A stretch of 64,000 bases of DNA from Microbotryum violaceum (taxonomy: Eukaryota), in assembly GCA_001244265.2 (NCBI GenBank), contig CDLV01000012.1:1364001-1428000 (forward strand), given 5' to 3'. This document shows, piece by piece, positions 62,492 through 64,000 of this stretch. Positions within the stretch are counted from its first letter, which is position 1; each line of letters opens with the position of its first letter. The position numbers and the translations under genes were made by a program. Under the pieces are notes generated by a model that was given only the letters and a program-made list of their open reading frames with translations, had not been told where the DNA came from and did no database searches.

Positions 62492-64000
62492 ATGCCCCTG
62501 TCCCAAGGTCGCCAGGGAGGGCCATCGCAACCTCGCCAAGTCTTGGGCGTGAGGGTAGCGCCGTACCATGGGCTACCATGGGCCTACTCGAGCGCCCGCT
62601 GCTGGGCGCCCCGCGGCTCGACCCTCTTCGTCCCGCTCCGATCAACAGAATCAGCCCCCGCGCGTCATGACAACAATGCAACCGATCTTGGCATTGCGAC
62701 ACGTATACGAGCCCGCCGTGCAGCTGTGCAGAACGGACAGCGTCGCCAGCGCGATGGCCAACTCGACGCTGGGCTCGCCCCACCACCACCTCCGCAAAGG
62801 CGAGTGCGCCGGGCTCGAATCGCGCTCAAACCCCTCAAGCCCCACGTTTTCGCAGGGCAAGGTGCAGCTACCTCCCCCTCCCCAGCCCAATCTCGAGTAT
62901 CGGCAGCTTCTTCAAGGCTCGGATAGCGGTCAGTTGCTGCGTCCAACAACATTCGTCTGCAGTTGACCCACATGCTGAATTGTGCGATGCACCTACACAG
63001 ACGCTAAAGCATTCCGCGAGAATGCCCGGTCTTACAATAACGCGTTGTCCTTTACTTCGCTCGCTGCCCACTGGGACCAAACCCAAGTGGGCACTCTAGG
63101 ACCTCCTGTGTTTCGCGTGTTCGGCCGCCTCTATCATTGACTCGGTGCCCTGATCCCTGCCGTGAATCAACGCCCAGGCTTTGCCCAGACATGGCTGATC
63201 GACCCGGCCGAGGCCACCGACACACGACTTCAAGGACCCGACAGCGCAGAGACTCGCATTCAAAGATCAACGCTGACCAAGCTCGAGTCCATGTTGCGTA
63301 CAAAGAATCACTTTGTGAGGGAGTTCGCATCGGCCAAAGCCCGCGCAGGTTGGGACACGGCCAAAGAGTCGGCCCTGCGCCTCTGCCTACCACCTGGCCG
63401 AGACCGACGCACCCACAACCTTCCTAGGTCGAGCACGGAAATGGCGATGCTTATCTGCGATTCCGACACCAACACGGGAGATCGTGGACCGCAAGGCCTT
63501 ATTCTCCAGGTGCACGGTGATCGATGTCCCGATGGTCGGCCCAAGTACCAAACCGTTAGCTCGCTCCATCCGTCTGCGATGCCTCTCCGGTACCCACTAC
63601 TCTTCCCCGCGGGGAAGATGGCTTCCACCCCAACATTCCTCTTTGCGGTTTCAACCAAGCTGAGCCGCCCATCGCCAGAAACCGAGAGCAGATCGACAAT
63701 GGTGTCCAATTGCGCGAGCTACTTGACGGCCTTGGTCCAGATGAAGAAGACGAAGAGGAGGACGATGAGGATGAAGGCGACGAGGAGGACGAAGAGAATG
63801 GTGATGGTGAACGTAAGCTAAGCGCCTTCGGCTCATTCTCATATACCTCTCTGTTGAGACGCACCCTCAGACTGACATAAATTGTTCGAAAATCTAGGAC
63901 GAAGATCAAACAAGAGGGGTCGAGGTGGATCAACCCGAGTTTCGCGTTCCCAATACTTTGCATATCACTTGCACGAACGCGACGACTATTTCTCCATTCC
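62492..64000 (+). mobile_element. Helitron Rep/helicase N-terminal region, degenerate, runs off the window
   Basis: GKVQLP, FRENARSYNNALSFTS, GPPVFRVFGRLYH*LGAL, PGFAQTWLID, KNHFV, RTHNLP and HPSAMPLRYPLLFPAG(E)DGFH are characteristic Helitron motifs. Stop at 63138 and frameshift near 63612. Confidence 0.88.

Overview
Intron-rich, GC-rich fungal DNA. The gene set (CAP64-like, muskelin, short tRNase Z, FunK1 kinases, Helitron) points to a basidiomycete, probably Microbotryomycetes/Microbotryum-like (inference). Bases 1-37.4 kb are compact and conserved: DBP10, a secreted pepsin-like protease, a C2H2 transcription factor, an APC amino-acid permease, a CAP64-like protein, JHD1, tRNase Z(S), ECH1-like isomerase, a CLIP-170-like protein, GSH1 and muskelin. 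Bases 37.5-64 kb are rearranged accessory sequence. They hold a perfect 48-bp hairpin, a Kex2-processed Cys-rich secreted protein, and three FunK1 kinase pseudogenes (two fused head-to-head, one in a 2.1-kb direct duplication). They also hold an F-box gene, OST3/6, a 1.3-kb TIR-bounded element carrying an inverted pair of LINE ORF1 fragments, a WetA-like regulator and a decayed Helitron. The most notable signal is three independent fold-back structures at 38.9, 45.1 and 55.2 kb, especially the TIR element with an inverted LINE cargo, which is a candidate mobile hairpin-siRNA silencer. All alignments were made by eye and no database searches were run.
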